Shown here: positions 54,272 through 64,000 of the stretch, piece by piece
Layout of the letters: every line of letters starts with the position of its first letter
How positions within the stretch are numbered: position 1 is the stretch's first letter
DNA from: an uncultured Gemmatimonadales bacterium
Lineage (GTDB): Bacteria > Gemmatimonadota > Gemmatimonadetes > Gemmatimonadales > GWC2-71-9
Direction: 5' to 3'
Length of the DNA: 64,000 bases
Assembly (NCBI GenBank): GCA_963730185.1
Contig: CAVSQW010000006.1
Coordinates: 384,001 to 448,000, forward strand
Notes under the pieces: generated by a model
Told to the model about the DNA's origin: nothing
Seen by the model: the letters and a program-made list of their open reading frames with translations, nothing else
Databases searched by the model: none
Position numbers and translations under genes: made by a program

Positions 54272-55729
54272 ATGCGTCTCGGCATCGTGACGCTCGTCCT
54301 CGGTGCCTGCGGCGGGACCGGCGCCGCTCCCTTGCCCGGGACGCTCGCGATCACGAACGTCTCCGTCGTCGATGTGGAGCGCGGCGTCGTGGTGCCGGGC
54401 CGGCAGGTCCTGATCGACGGTCCTCGCATCGTGGCGGTCGAGGCCAACGGAGCATCGCCCATTGGCGACGGCGTCGCCAGGCTGGATGGCACCGATCGCT
54501 TCCTCATCCCCGGCCTGTGGGACATGCACGCCCACATCATCGAGCGAGCCAGCACGGTCGCCGGACCGCTGTTCATCGCCAACGGCGTGACCGGTGTGCG
54601 CGAGATGTGGTCCGACGGCGACGACTATCGACCGATGTTCGTGGCGTTTCGCGACAGCGTCCGGCGCGGCCTGCTGGTCGGGCCTCGGCTCCTCCTCACC
54701 TCCACACCGATCGACGGTCCTCCGGGGTCCGAGCCGGGGGTGACGATCGTCCGCTCGGTTCCCGACGCGCGCGACGCGGTCGACTCGGCCGTGGCCCATG
54801 GGATGGACCTGGTGCAGGCGTTCCCGTCCCTTTCGCGAGAGGCCTACCGGGCAGCCGCGCGGCGGGCCGCCGAGCGCGGCATCGTCTTCGGCGGGCTCGT
54901 CCCGATGGCGGCCTCGTTCGACGACGCGCTCGAAGCCGGGCATCGGGCCCGGGATTTCGTCGGGGAATGGCCGATCTGGTGCTCGACCGCTGGCGATGCG
55001 ATCCGGGCGCGCCTGGCAGCCGCGGCCGACAGCGACGCGAGGGCGCCGGCCAAGGCGTCAAGGCTGTTGGCCGCCCGGGCGGCTGCGAAAACTCGGTTGC
55101 TCGAGACCTTCAGTCCGGCGCACTGCGACTCCCTGGGACGACGCCTGGCGTCGGATTCCGTGTGGGAGGTGCCTCGGATGGTCATCGAACGCGATCACGG
55201 CTACGCCCGCCCCGCCGACCCGACCCGCGATTCGGTTCGGGCCCAGTATGCCGGCCCGGAGGCGACGGCGTTCTGGGACCCGATCCGTCGGTCGCAGCGC
55301 CGGGACGAACAGGACAGGGCCAAGGTGAATGACGCGCGCCGGACCTGGGACCGCACCCTCGAGATCATGGGGATCCTGCATCGCGCCGGTGTGCACTTTC
55401 TCGCGGGAACGGAGACGGGCGACCTCGACATTCATCCGGGCTTCTCGTTGCACGACGAGCTCGAGGTGTTCGTGTTGCTCGGGATGTCGCCGGCCGAGGC
55501 GCTTCGGTCGGCGACGCTCGAGCCGGCGCGCTACCTGCGCGGGACCGACTCGCTCGGCGCCGTCGCCGTGGGGCATCTCGCCGATCTCGTCCTCCTCGAT
55601 CGCAACCCGCTCGCCGACATCGCGGCCACGCGCGCGATCCACGCCGTGGTCGCCAACGGTCGCCTGATCGACTCGGCGGGACTGGCGTCGCTACTCGAAA
55701 GCGCGGCGAGGGCCGCCCGAGCCCGGTAG
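54272..55729 (+). CDS. Amidohydrolase-family lipoprotein with a degenerate metal site
   Basis: Lipobox [40 protein letters not shown]. Confidence 0.85.
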   Translation: MRLGIVTLVLGACGGTGAAPLPGTLAITNVSVVDVERGVVVPGRQVLIDGPRIVAVEANGASPIGDGVARLDGTDRFLIPGLWDMHAHIIERASTVAGPLFIANGVTGVREMWSDGDDYRPMFVAFRDSVRRGLLVGPRLLLTSTPIDGPPGSEPGVTIVRSVPDARDAVDSAVAHGMDLVQAFPSLSREAYRAAARRAAERGIVFGGLVPMAASFDDALEAGHRARDFVGEWPIWCSTAGDAIRARLAAAADSDARAPAKASRLLAARAAAKTRLLETFSPAHCDSLGRRLASDSVWEVPRMVIERDHGYARPADPTRDSVRAQYAGPEATAFWDPIRRSQRRDEQDRAKVNDARRTWDRTLEIMGILHRAGVHFLAGTETGDLDIHPGFSLHDELEVFVLLGMSPAEALRSATLEPARYLRGTDSLGAVAVGHLADLVLLDRNPLADIAATRAIHAVVANGRLIDSAGLASLLESAARAARAR

Positions 55730-55866
55730 TCCAACCCGGAGCCCAACCGTTGCGCACGGGATCTCCAGGCGAGAGATCCTCTCCTCCGGCCCGACCCGTT
55801 CGGCGGTACATTGTCCCCGGCTCACCGTGGTGGGGCGTCACGATCGGCCAGGCCAAGGAGAAAGCC

Positions 55867-56395
55867 ATGCGGAAGTACGGTGCGGAGTTCTTCGGCACGT
55901 TCTGGCTGGTTCTTGGGGGGTGCGGCAGTGCCGTCCTGGCGGCGGCGTTTCCCAACGTCGGCATCGGCCTGTTGGGTGTGGCGCTGGCCTTCGGCCTCAC
56001 CCTGCTGACGATGGCCTTCGCCATCGGGCACATCTCGGGCTGCCACCTCAACCCGGCGGTTTCGGTTGGCCTCTGGGCGGGCGGTCGATTTCCCGCCAAG
56101 GAATTGCCGCCTTACATCGTGGCCCAGGTGCTGGGGGCGGTCGTCGCCGGCGGGGTCCTCTATCTCATCGCGAGCGGCAAACCCTGCTTCGAGCTCTCCG
56201 CCGGCTTCGCCGCGAACGGGTATGGGGCCCACTCGCCGGGCGGGTACAGTCTCCAGGCGGCCCTGATAACCGAAGTCGTCATGACCATGATGTTTCTCCT
56301 GGTGATCCTCGGGGCCACCGACGAGAGAGCGCCGCATCGTCGGGGGCATTCTCGGTGCGGCGGTCTACCGGCTCATTGGAAGTGAACGGCACTGA
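55867..56395 (+). pseudogene. aqpZ: Aquaporin Z with an internal deletion
   Basis: [36 protein letters not shown]; after GATDERAP it jumps, out of frame, to [13 protein letters not shown], so the second NPA is missing. Confidence 0.88.
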
Positions 56396-56439
56396 CCTCG
56401 CCTCCCGGCGGGCGAGGTCCTGAATCGACCAGGACACCC

Positions 56440-57658
56440 ATGTCGCTCGATCGACGGACCTTCGTTGCCACCACCGCGTCGCTCGCCGCGGGGCTCGGTG
56501 CGCTTCCCCCCGGCACTCGTTCAGGCTTCGCCGGCCCGGCCGACGACCCGCTCGGCGTCCGAAACGACTTCCCCATCGTCGGGGACCGGACCTACCTCAA
56601 CTCCGCCTACATCGCCCCGATCCCCCGCCCGGTGGTCGAGGCCGGCCGGGCCTTTCTCGAGGCCAAGGCCCTGCAGCGCCTCACGGTGCGCGACCTGCTC
56701 CGGACCAACGACGAGGTCCGGGCCAAGTTTGCGGCCCTGATCCACGCCAGCCCCGATGAGATCGCCCTCCTCTATACCACGGCCGAAGGCGAGAACGTGG
56801 TCGCCAACAACATCGAGTGGCGGCCGGGCGACAACGTGGTGATCGACGAGCTCCACTACGACTCCGAGTTCGTGATCTACCGGGAGCTCGAGGCCCGGCG
56901 CGGCGTGGAGCTCCGGATCGTGAAACACCGGGACGGCGCGGTCGCGGCGAGCGACATCGAGCCTCACGTAGACCGGCGGACCCGGCTGGTGTCGGTGGCG
57001 TGGGTGTCCCACCAGAACGGGTTCCGGCACGACATGCGGCCGATCGCCGATCTGGCCCACGCCTACGGGGCGCTGTTCTACACCGACGCGATCCAGGCGG
57101 TCGGGATGTTCCCGATCGACGTCCGGGCCGCCGGCGTGGATTTCCTGTGCGCGGGCACCTACAAGTGGCTCCTCTCCGGCTTCGGGGTCGCCCCGTTCTT
57201 CATCCGGCGCGAGGTGCTGGAGCGCTTTCCCCAGGACCGCTTCGGCGAGTTCGCCGTTGCCACCTTCCTGCCAGACCACCGGCACCAGCTCCACCGAAGC
57301 GCCAAGCGGTACGACTACGCCGAGCCAGGCGTTCTGTGAGGTGGCGATGCTGAGCACGGCCCTGAGCTACCTCCACCGGGTCGGGCCCGAGCGGATCGAG
57401 GCCCACACCGTGGGGCTCGGCCGCCGGCTCCAGGAGGGGCTCGACTCCCAGGGGCACCGCCTCTTCACTCCGCCGGGGAACCGGTCGTCGATCGTGTCGT
57501 TCTACCCGAGCCGGCCGCCCGCGGAGGTCGAGGCACGACTGAAAGCGGCCAAGCTGGACGTGACGGTGCGCGACGGGGGGATGGTCCGGGTGTCGCCCGC
57601 CCTCTTCAACCTGGCCGATGACGTCGAGCGGTTCCTCGAGGTGAGCCGGGGGCTCTGA
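56440..57658 (+). CDS. Class V aminotransferase / cysteine desulfurase-like protein with a Tat signal (frameshift near 57322)
   Basis: DRRTFV, YLNSA, TDAIQAVG, GTYKWLL, RVSPALFN. Confidence 0.85.
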
Positions 57659-57696
57659 CGCCTCGCCGGCCGTTGCGGCCGTGGGGCCACGGTCCG

Positions 57697-57760
57697 AACA
57701 ACAACAACAACAACAACCACCACCACCCAACAACTGCCTCACCGCAGAGGACGCTGGGAG
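57697..57760 (-). repeat. Half copy of the hairpin repeat on the minus strand, with an (AAC)7 tail
   Basis: (AAC)7(CAC)3CCAACAACTGCCTCACCGCAGAGGACGCTG is the reverse complement of the right arm plus tail. Confidence 0.7.
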
Positions 57761-57879
57761 CCCGGACTGAGCCTACGCCGAACCGCACCGATACCCCGAT
57801 CAGTCGAACCGCGCCGACGGGACGTAGCGGTCGGCGAGCGGGCGAGGTAGCTTCGCGCTAGCCGAGCGGAGCTCCCACC

Positions 57880-59280
57880 ATGGCGCCAGACGGCGCACCA
57901 CCCGACCGACAGCCCGAACTGAGGCCCTCCACCGATCTCCTCGGCCACCCCCGAGGGCTGCTCTACCTCTGTCTTTCAGAGGCGTGGGAGCGATTCAGCT
58001 ATTTCGGGATGCAGTCACTCCTGGTGCTCTACCTGACCCACCAGCTGCTCCTGCCGGACCACGTACACCGGGTCGCCGGGTTCGGCGCGTTTCGGGCGGC
58101 GATCGAGGGGGTGACGGGCCCGCTCTCCGACGCCGCTCTGGCCTCGCAGATCTTCGGGCTCTACGCCGGGTTGGTCTACCTGACGCCGCTCCTGGGGGGG
58201 TTGGTGGCCGACCGCTGGCTCGACCGGACGGCGACCGTCACCATCGGCGCGGTGACGATGGCGGTGGGCCATTTCCTGATGGCGTTCGACCCGACCTTTC
58301 TCCTGGCCATGGCACTGCTCCTCGCCGGGGTGGGATGCTTCAAGGGCAACATCGCGAGTCAGGTGGGCGGCCTCTACGCCGCCGACGATCCGCGCCGGGC
58401 CAGCGCCTTCCAGGTGTTCCAGCTCTTCATCTCGACTTCCGTGATCGTCTCACCGCTGGTCTGCGGTACCCTGGGCGAAAAGGTGGGCTGGCACTACGGG
58501 TTCGCCGCCGCGGGGATCGGGATGCTGATCGGCCTCGCGACCTACCTCTGGGGGCGTCGCTGGCTGCCGGCCGCAGCCACCCCGGCAACCGGCCCCGCGA
58601 CCAGCGCCCGCCAGGCACCGCGCCTGACCCGGCCGGAATGGGGCCGAGTGGCGCTGCTGGTGGCGCTCCTGCCGGTGCTGGCCGCGTCGATGGTTGGCAA
58701 CCAGCAGATGTTCAACACCTTCGTGGTCTGGGGCGAGCGGAGCTTCGACCTTCACGTCCTGGGCCGGGATATGCCGGTCACCTGGCTGCTCTCGTTCGAT
58801 GCCGTGATTGCGGTCGGGTGCCTGCTGCTCACGATCGCGTTCTGGCGAGCCTATGCCCGGCGGTGGCGGGAGCCGGACGACATCGTCAAGATCGCGATCG
58901 GCGCGGCGATCATGGCCACCGCGCCGCTCCTGCTCACCGCGGCGAGCCTCCATCAGGCGGCGACCGGCGCCAAGCTGTCGATCGGATGGGGCCTCGGCTT
59001 CGAGGTGGCGAACGAGATCGGGTTCGCGATGCTGGTGCCGGTGGCGTTGTCATTCTACTCGCGGGTGGCGCCCCGATCTCTCCAGGGGCTCGCGATGGGG
59101 ATGTTCTACCTCGCGTTCTTCTTCTGCAACGTAGTGGTCGGGCGGTTGGGCGGGATGCTGGAGCGGATGAGTGCGGCCGGCTTCTGGGTGACACACGCGG
59201 CGATCGCGGCGGTGGCGGCCTTGGTGCTCGGAGCCATGGCGTTCGGACGGCGGCTGGTGCCGCCTTCGGCCAGCGCCTGA
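57880..59280 (+). CDS. Proton-dependent oligopeptide transporter (POT/PTR, MFS)
   Basis: LGHPRGL, EAWERFSYFGM (ExxERFxYY-like), GGLVADRWL, GCFKGNI, GWHYGF. Confidence 0.92.
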   Translation: MAPDGAPPDRQPELRPSTDLLGHPRGLLYLCLSEAWERFSYFGMQSLLVLYLTHQLLLPDHVHRVAGFGAFRAAIEGVTGPLSDAALASQIFGLYAGLVYLTPLLGGLVADRWLDRTATVTIGAVTMAVGHFLMAFDPTFLLAMALLLAGVGCFKGNIASQVGGLYAADDPRRASAFQVFQLFISTSVIVSPLVCGTLGEKVGWHYGFAAAGIGMLIGLATYLWGRRWLPAAATPATGPATSARQAPRLTRPEWGRVALLVALLPVLAASMVGNQQMFNTFVVWGERSFDLHVLGRDMPVTWLLSFDAVIAVGCLLLTIAFWRAYARRWREPDDIVKIAIGAAIMATAPLLLTAASLHQAATGAKLSIGWGLGFEVANEIGFAMLVPVALSFYSRVAPRSLQGLAMGMFYLAFFFCNVVVGRLGGMLERMSAAGFWVTHAAIAAVAALVLGAMAFGRRLVPPSASA

Positions 59281-59385
59281 GACTCGGACCGGCGGCCCGG
59301 GCACTTTCCCTGGTCCCGATTCGGTCGTACGTTTCCGAACGGTCACCGGCGCGCCCGGTGACCGCTCCCCATCCCAGGATCAGGC

Positions 59386-62300
59386 ATGCCCAACGGATTG
59401 TCCTCCCGCCGCCCCGGCGCGCTCGCCGCCTTCGGGCTCGGCTTGGCACTGGCGCTTCCCTGCGCCCGGTCGCTCGCGGCGCAGGCCACGTCGCCGGGCG
59501 ACTGGAGCGTCGAGAGGCCCACGGGCCCGAGCAAGAACGTCGCGTTCGACGTAACCGAAGGCACCTGGATGAGCGTCACCGTCTCGCCGGACGGGCGGTT
59601 CATCGCCTTCGACCTCCTGGGCCACATCTACGAGATGCCGGTCGAGGGCGGGACCGCCCGCCGCCTCACGAACGGCCGCTCGTGGAACCTTTTTCCCCAG
59701 TACAGTCCCGACGGGACGACCCTCGCTTTCGCGTCCGACCGGGCTGGACGGTTCGACGTGTGGACGATGGACCGCGAGGGTGGCTCGCTCCGAAACTTGT
59801 CTCACGCCACCGCCGTCGCGGCCGACGAGAACGTGTACCGCCCGGCCTGGGCACCCGACGGTCGGCGGATCTACGCCGTCACGGAAGGCGACGGGGAGCC
59901 CAACCGGCTGATCGCGCTCGACCTCCTGGGAGGGCGGCAAGTACTCGCCAGCGGACCAGGCATGGGCGGGGTCACCGCGGCCCCCCCGGGAGGTCACTCT
60001 TCGTGGAGCGCCGGGGCGCGCCCCTCTACGCGTTCTCCTTCAACCCCTACGTGACGCCGCCGACCGGCGAGCGGATCGATCGCTATGACCTGACCACCGG
60101 CGAAACGGTCGAGCACGTGGCTCGGCCCGGCGGCGCGTTCGCCGCGGCCGTCTCGTTCGACGGGGCGCGGTTGGCGTACGTACACCGCCTGGTGGACGAG
60201 GACGTGCTGATCGTGCAGGATCTCCGAACCCATGCCGAACGGGTGGTGCTCCGCGGCCTTGACCATGACCAGCAGGGCGCGGCCCACACCTACGGCGCCT
60301 ACCCGGCCCTGGCCTGGCATCCCGACGGCCGCCGGATCGTGCTCGACCTCAAGGGTCATCTCACCTGGGTCGACGTGGCAACCGGACGGACCACGCCGAT
60401 CGCGATGACGGCCCGGGTGGAGCGGCCGATGTCGGAGACCATCCGGTTCAAGACCGAAGAGCCTCGCGACCGCGCCACGACCAGGATGGCTCGCTGGGCA
60501 AGCCGGACGCCGGACGGCGTCCTGTTCGAGACCCTGGGCGACCTCTGGCTGGCTGGGCCCGACGGGACCAAGAAGAACCTCACCAGCTCGTCCCTGCTCG
60601 AGACCAGCCCGGTCTACGTTCCCACAACCCGCACGCTCTACTTCGCGGGGTGGACCGACGACAGCCTGGGCGCGGTCTACCGGAAGACCGGCCCGGCGGC
60701 GCCGGCCGAGCGGCTCACGTCGGTGCCGTCGCAGTACGGCAGCCTGGCGGTGGCGCCCGACGGGACGACGCTGGCGTACGTGCGCGGCACCGGACTGCTC
60801 CAACGCGGTGGCTGGCTCTCGAACGAGACCGAATTCGATCTCGTGGTCCGGACCGCCGACGGGGCCGAGCGGCGGGTGACCGGGATCACCGGCCAGCCGC
60901 TGGAGTACGCGAACATCGCGGGCAAGATCCCGCCGAGCGTGGTCTTCGACTCGACCGGCAAGACCATCTACTTCACCGAGTTCGTCCGCGACACGCTGAG
61001 CCTGGAGCGGATCGGGGTCAACGGGACCGGTGAGACGGTGCTGGTCAAGTTCCCGAATGCGGTCGCCGCAGTGCCCTCGCCCGACCTCCGATGGATCGCG
61101 ATCCGCGAGTACCACCGGAGCTTCGTTACGCCACTCGACTTTGCCGGTAGCCCCGCCGTCGTCTCCCCCTACGACCATCAGGGCTCGGGCGCCCGGGTGG
61201 ACCCGGAAGACGGCGGCTACCTGACCTGGTCGGCCGACGGCAAGACCCTGGGTTGGACCCGGGCGACGGGCTTCTACGAGAAGACGGTGGACGCGATCCT
61301 GGCCGACGACCGGGCGCCCAAGGTGGCCTCGCCGCCAGACGACTGGACCGGCCCGCGCGTACCCGGCTCGACCGCTCAGCGCACCGACCTGGCGGTCGAG
61401 TTTCCGGTGGCCACACCGGCCGGAACGCTTGCCCTCACCGGGGCCCGGGTGGTGACCATGAACGCGAAGCGGGAGGTGCTGGAGAACGCGACCATCGTGA
61501 TCGAGGGCGGCACCATCAAGGCGGTCGGCCGGTCGGTGGCCGTCCCCAAGGGAGCCAAGGTGTACGACCTCCGGGGCCGCACCATCATCCCCGGCCTGAT
61601 CGATGCGCACGCGCACCCGAAGATCGAGCATTCGTCGCTCCACGTCATCGAGCAGCAGCCCACCTCGCTCAGTGGTCCGCTGGCCTACGGGGTAACGACG
61701 CTCATCGAGGTCTACGGCAACGAGTACCGGGACCAGTGGCTCTCCGACATGATCCGCGCGGGCAAGATGACCGGTCCTCGCTTCTACACCACCGGCTCGG
61801 TGATCTTCGGTGAGCGACACGGGCTCCGGATCCGGATGTTCCGGCCGATCGAGACGCTGGACGACGCCCTGGAGCAGCTCCGCTGGAACAAGGACTACGG
61901 CGCGATCGCGGTGAAGGACTACGTCCAGCTCACCCGGAAGCGGCGCCAGCTCACCATCACCGCGGCCCGCCGGCTCGGTCTCAACGTGGTGAGCGAGTCG
62001 GATGCCGATCCGCAGATGAATCTGACCCAGATCATGGACGGGGTGACCGGGATCGAGCACTCGATGGGGCTCCAGCCGTTCTACGACGACGTGGTCAAGT
62101 ACTGGGGCGCCACGAAGGCGGGCATGACGCCCACCCTCCTGGTGGTGTACGACGCCCACATGGGCGAGGGCTGGTATCACGAGTCGAGCAAGCTCTGGCA
62201 GGACCCGAAGCTGACCCGGTTCATCTCCCCGGAGCAGTTGATGCGGGTCCGGAACCCGGCCCACCTCTGGCCCGAGGACATGACCGCCTGGGCGATGGGC

Positions 62301-62672
62301 GCGGCCATGAAGAAGCTCTACCTGGCCGGTACCTCGATCCAGCTGGGTGCGCACGGACAGATGTACGGGCTCGACGCGCACTGGGAGCTGGACCTCCTGG
62401 TCCGGAGTGGGTTCACGCCGGCGGAAGCGCTCGAGATCGCCACGATCCGGGGGGCCAGGCACCACGGGCTGGATGGGCAGATCGGCTCGCTGGAAGCCGG
62501 CAAGCTGGCCGACCTGGTCGTGCTGGACGCCAACCCGCTGGTGGACATCGCCAACGCAGGGAAGATCCGCTATGTGATCAAGAACGGGGTGGTCTACGCC
62601 GGCGCGGACGGGTCGCGGGTGTGGCCGGATCCGAAGCCCATGGCCCGGCCGTATTTCGCCAGCCGGCCATGA
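59386..62672 (+). CDS. PD40/TolB-like beta-propeller fused to an amidohydrolase (frameshift in the C-run near 59985)
   Basis: TEGTWMSVTVSPDG, PQYSPDG; C-terminal PGLIDAHAH, GIEHS, LGAHGQ, GKLADLVVLDANP. Confidence 0.88.
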
Positions 62673-62740
62673 TGGTTCCGTGCGTCCGCTATATTGAGCC
62701 AGCAGCCAGCGGCCTTACGACTTCACCCGGAGTTTCCTCG

Positions 62741-63457
62741 ATGCATCGCGCGTCCGTCCTCCTCCTGTTCCCGGCCGTCCTGGTCGGTTGCGGACCCAAG
62801 ACCCCCAAGTCCGAGGGGGCCAGCCCCAGTCAGACGGCGGCCGCGCCAACGCCCGGGACGCCGATCACCGGATCAGTCGCCGAGCGCCTCGAGGCCCCTC
62901 CCTACCTCTACCTCCGTCTCAAGACCGCCTCAGGCGAGGTCTGGGCCGCGGTGCCGGCGGCCCAGGTGGAGAACGGCGCGACCGTGACGGTGTACGGCGC
63001 GATGCCGATGGGCCGGTTCGAATCGAAAACCCTGAAGCGCACCTTCGATCAGATCTACTTCGGGACCCTGACGGCGTCCGGCGGCATGGCCAGCGTCCAC
63101 GGCGGCGGCCCAACCCGGGCCACCGTGGTCGCGCCGGTGGCGAAGGCTGGTGGCCCGGAGGCGCGGACGATCGCCGAGGCGTGGGCCCAGAAGGCGAGTT
63201 TGACGGGTAAGACCATCGCGGTGCGGGGCGTGGTCGTAAAGTACAACCCCGAGGTGATGGGTAAGAACTGGATCCACCTCCAGGACGGCAGCGGCGACGC
63301 CTCGCAGGGGACGAACGACCTCGCCGTGACCTCGCTGGACGCGGCGGCGGTGGGCGACACGATCACCGTCCGAGGCACGGTCCGTACCGACCGCGATTTC
63401 GGGGCCGGCTACGCGTACGCGATCATCGTCGAGGACGCGAAAGTCACGGCGAAGTAG
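62741..63457 (+). CDS. Lipoprotein with OB-fold domains
   Basis: Lipobox LVGC; YLYLRL, VWAAVP, VMGKNWIHLQDGSG, DFGAGYAY. Confidence 0.75.
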   Translation: MHRASVLLLFPAVLVGCGPKTPKSEGASPSQTAAAPTPGTPITGSVAERLEAPPYLYLRLKTASGEVWAAVPAAQVENGATVTVYGAMPMGRFESKTLKRTFDQIYFGTLTASGGMASVHGGGPTRATVVAPVAKAGGPEARTIAEAWAQKASLTGKTIAVRGVVVKYNPEVMGKNWIHLQDGSGDASQGTNDLAVTSLDAAAVGDTITVRGTVRTDRDFGAGYAYAIIVEDAKVTAK

Positions 63458-63561
63458 AGGGCGGAGCGCCTGGAGTGCGGCCATCGGGAGTGAGCGTCGT
63501 CCCCCTTGTTGACCGGACCCCGCGGAGGGCGACGGCAACCAACTCACACCGAGAGGCGGAG

Positions 63562-64000
63562 ATGGCGACAGCTCTTCGACGAACCGGAATCGCGGCGCTC
63601 CTCGTGGCCGGCGTCGGGTCCGCGGGATGCGCGAACAAGACCCAGACCGGCGCGGCGGTTGGGACGGTTGGGGGGGCGGCGGCCGGCGCGGTCATCGGCA
63701 AGGTCGCGGGATCGACCGCCAAAGGGGCGATCATCGGCGCCGTGGTCGGCGGGGCGGCCGGCGCGATCATCGGGCACCAGATGGACAAGCAGGCCAAGGA
63801 GCTCGAGCAGAACATTCCGGGCGCCCAGGTCGAGCGGGTCGGCGAAGGCATCCAGGTGACCTTCGACTCCGGGCTCCTCTACGACTTCGACTCCGACGCG
63901 ATCAAGCCGACGGCCCAGGACAATCTCCGGCAGCTGGCGACCAGCCTCGGCGCCTATCCCAATACAGATCTGGTGATCGTCGGACACACCGACTCGGTCG
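63562..64000 (+). CDS. OmpA family lipoprotein with a glycine zipper (YiaD-like), truncated by the window end
   Basis: SAGC lipobox, GAAVG/GAIIG repeats, MDKQAKEL, VERVGEGIQVTFDSGLL, IVGHTDS. Confidence 0.9.
   Translation, partial: MATALRRTGIAALLVAGVGSAGCANKTQTGAAVGTVGGAAAGAVIGKVAGSTAKGAIIGAVVGGAAGAIIGHQMDKQAKELEQNIPGAQVERVGEGIQVTFDSGLLYDFDSDAIKPTAQDNLRQLATSLGAYPNTDLVIVGHTDSV

Noticed and set aside
63531..63561. Additional hairpin-repeat copy (GACGGCAACC...GAGAGGCGGAG)
   Set aside because: Too short, with no complementary arm, and it overlaps the OmpA ribosome-binding region.

Overview
High-GC bacterial DNA. The gene repertoire (MacB/FtsX 'ADOP' permeases, Ser/Thr kinase-TPR with an ECF sigma factor, many amidohydrolases and serine hydrolases) suggests Gemmatimonadota; this is inferred, not shown. 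About a dozen genes carry single-base frameshifts, most likely long-read indel errors. The main feature is a cluster at about 31.9-42.4 kb that looks dedicated to 2-aminoisobutyrate (Aib) catabolism. It pairs a recognisable dgdR/dgdA module (2,2-dialkylglycine decarboxylase) with a tightly coupled operon. That operon encodes an HcmA-like B12-dependent acyl-CoA mutase with an atypical Val at the specificity position, its B12-binding subunit, an acyl-CoA ligase, a Kal-type 3-aminobutyryl-CoA ammonia-lyase, MeaB and an alpha-amino-acid ester hydrolase. Both promoters share a 47-bp, identically spaced LysR-type operator/-35 motif. Together these predict a route I do not know to be described: Aib -> Aib-CoA -> 3-aminobutyryl-CoA -> crotonyl-CoA + NH3. 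Other notable items are a diverged partial duplication that places two alternative cargo blocks between the same histidine kinase and permease, and a family of covarying 9-nt-period hairpin repeats with (GTT)n tails. Several pseudo-enzymes and internally deleted genes are also present. No rRNA, tRNA, CRISPR array, integrase or transposase was recognised.
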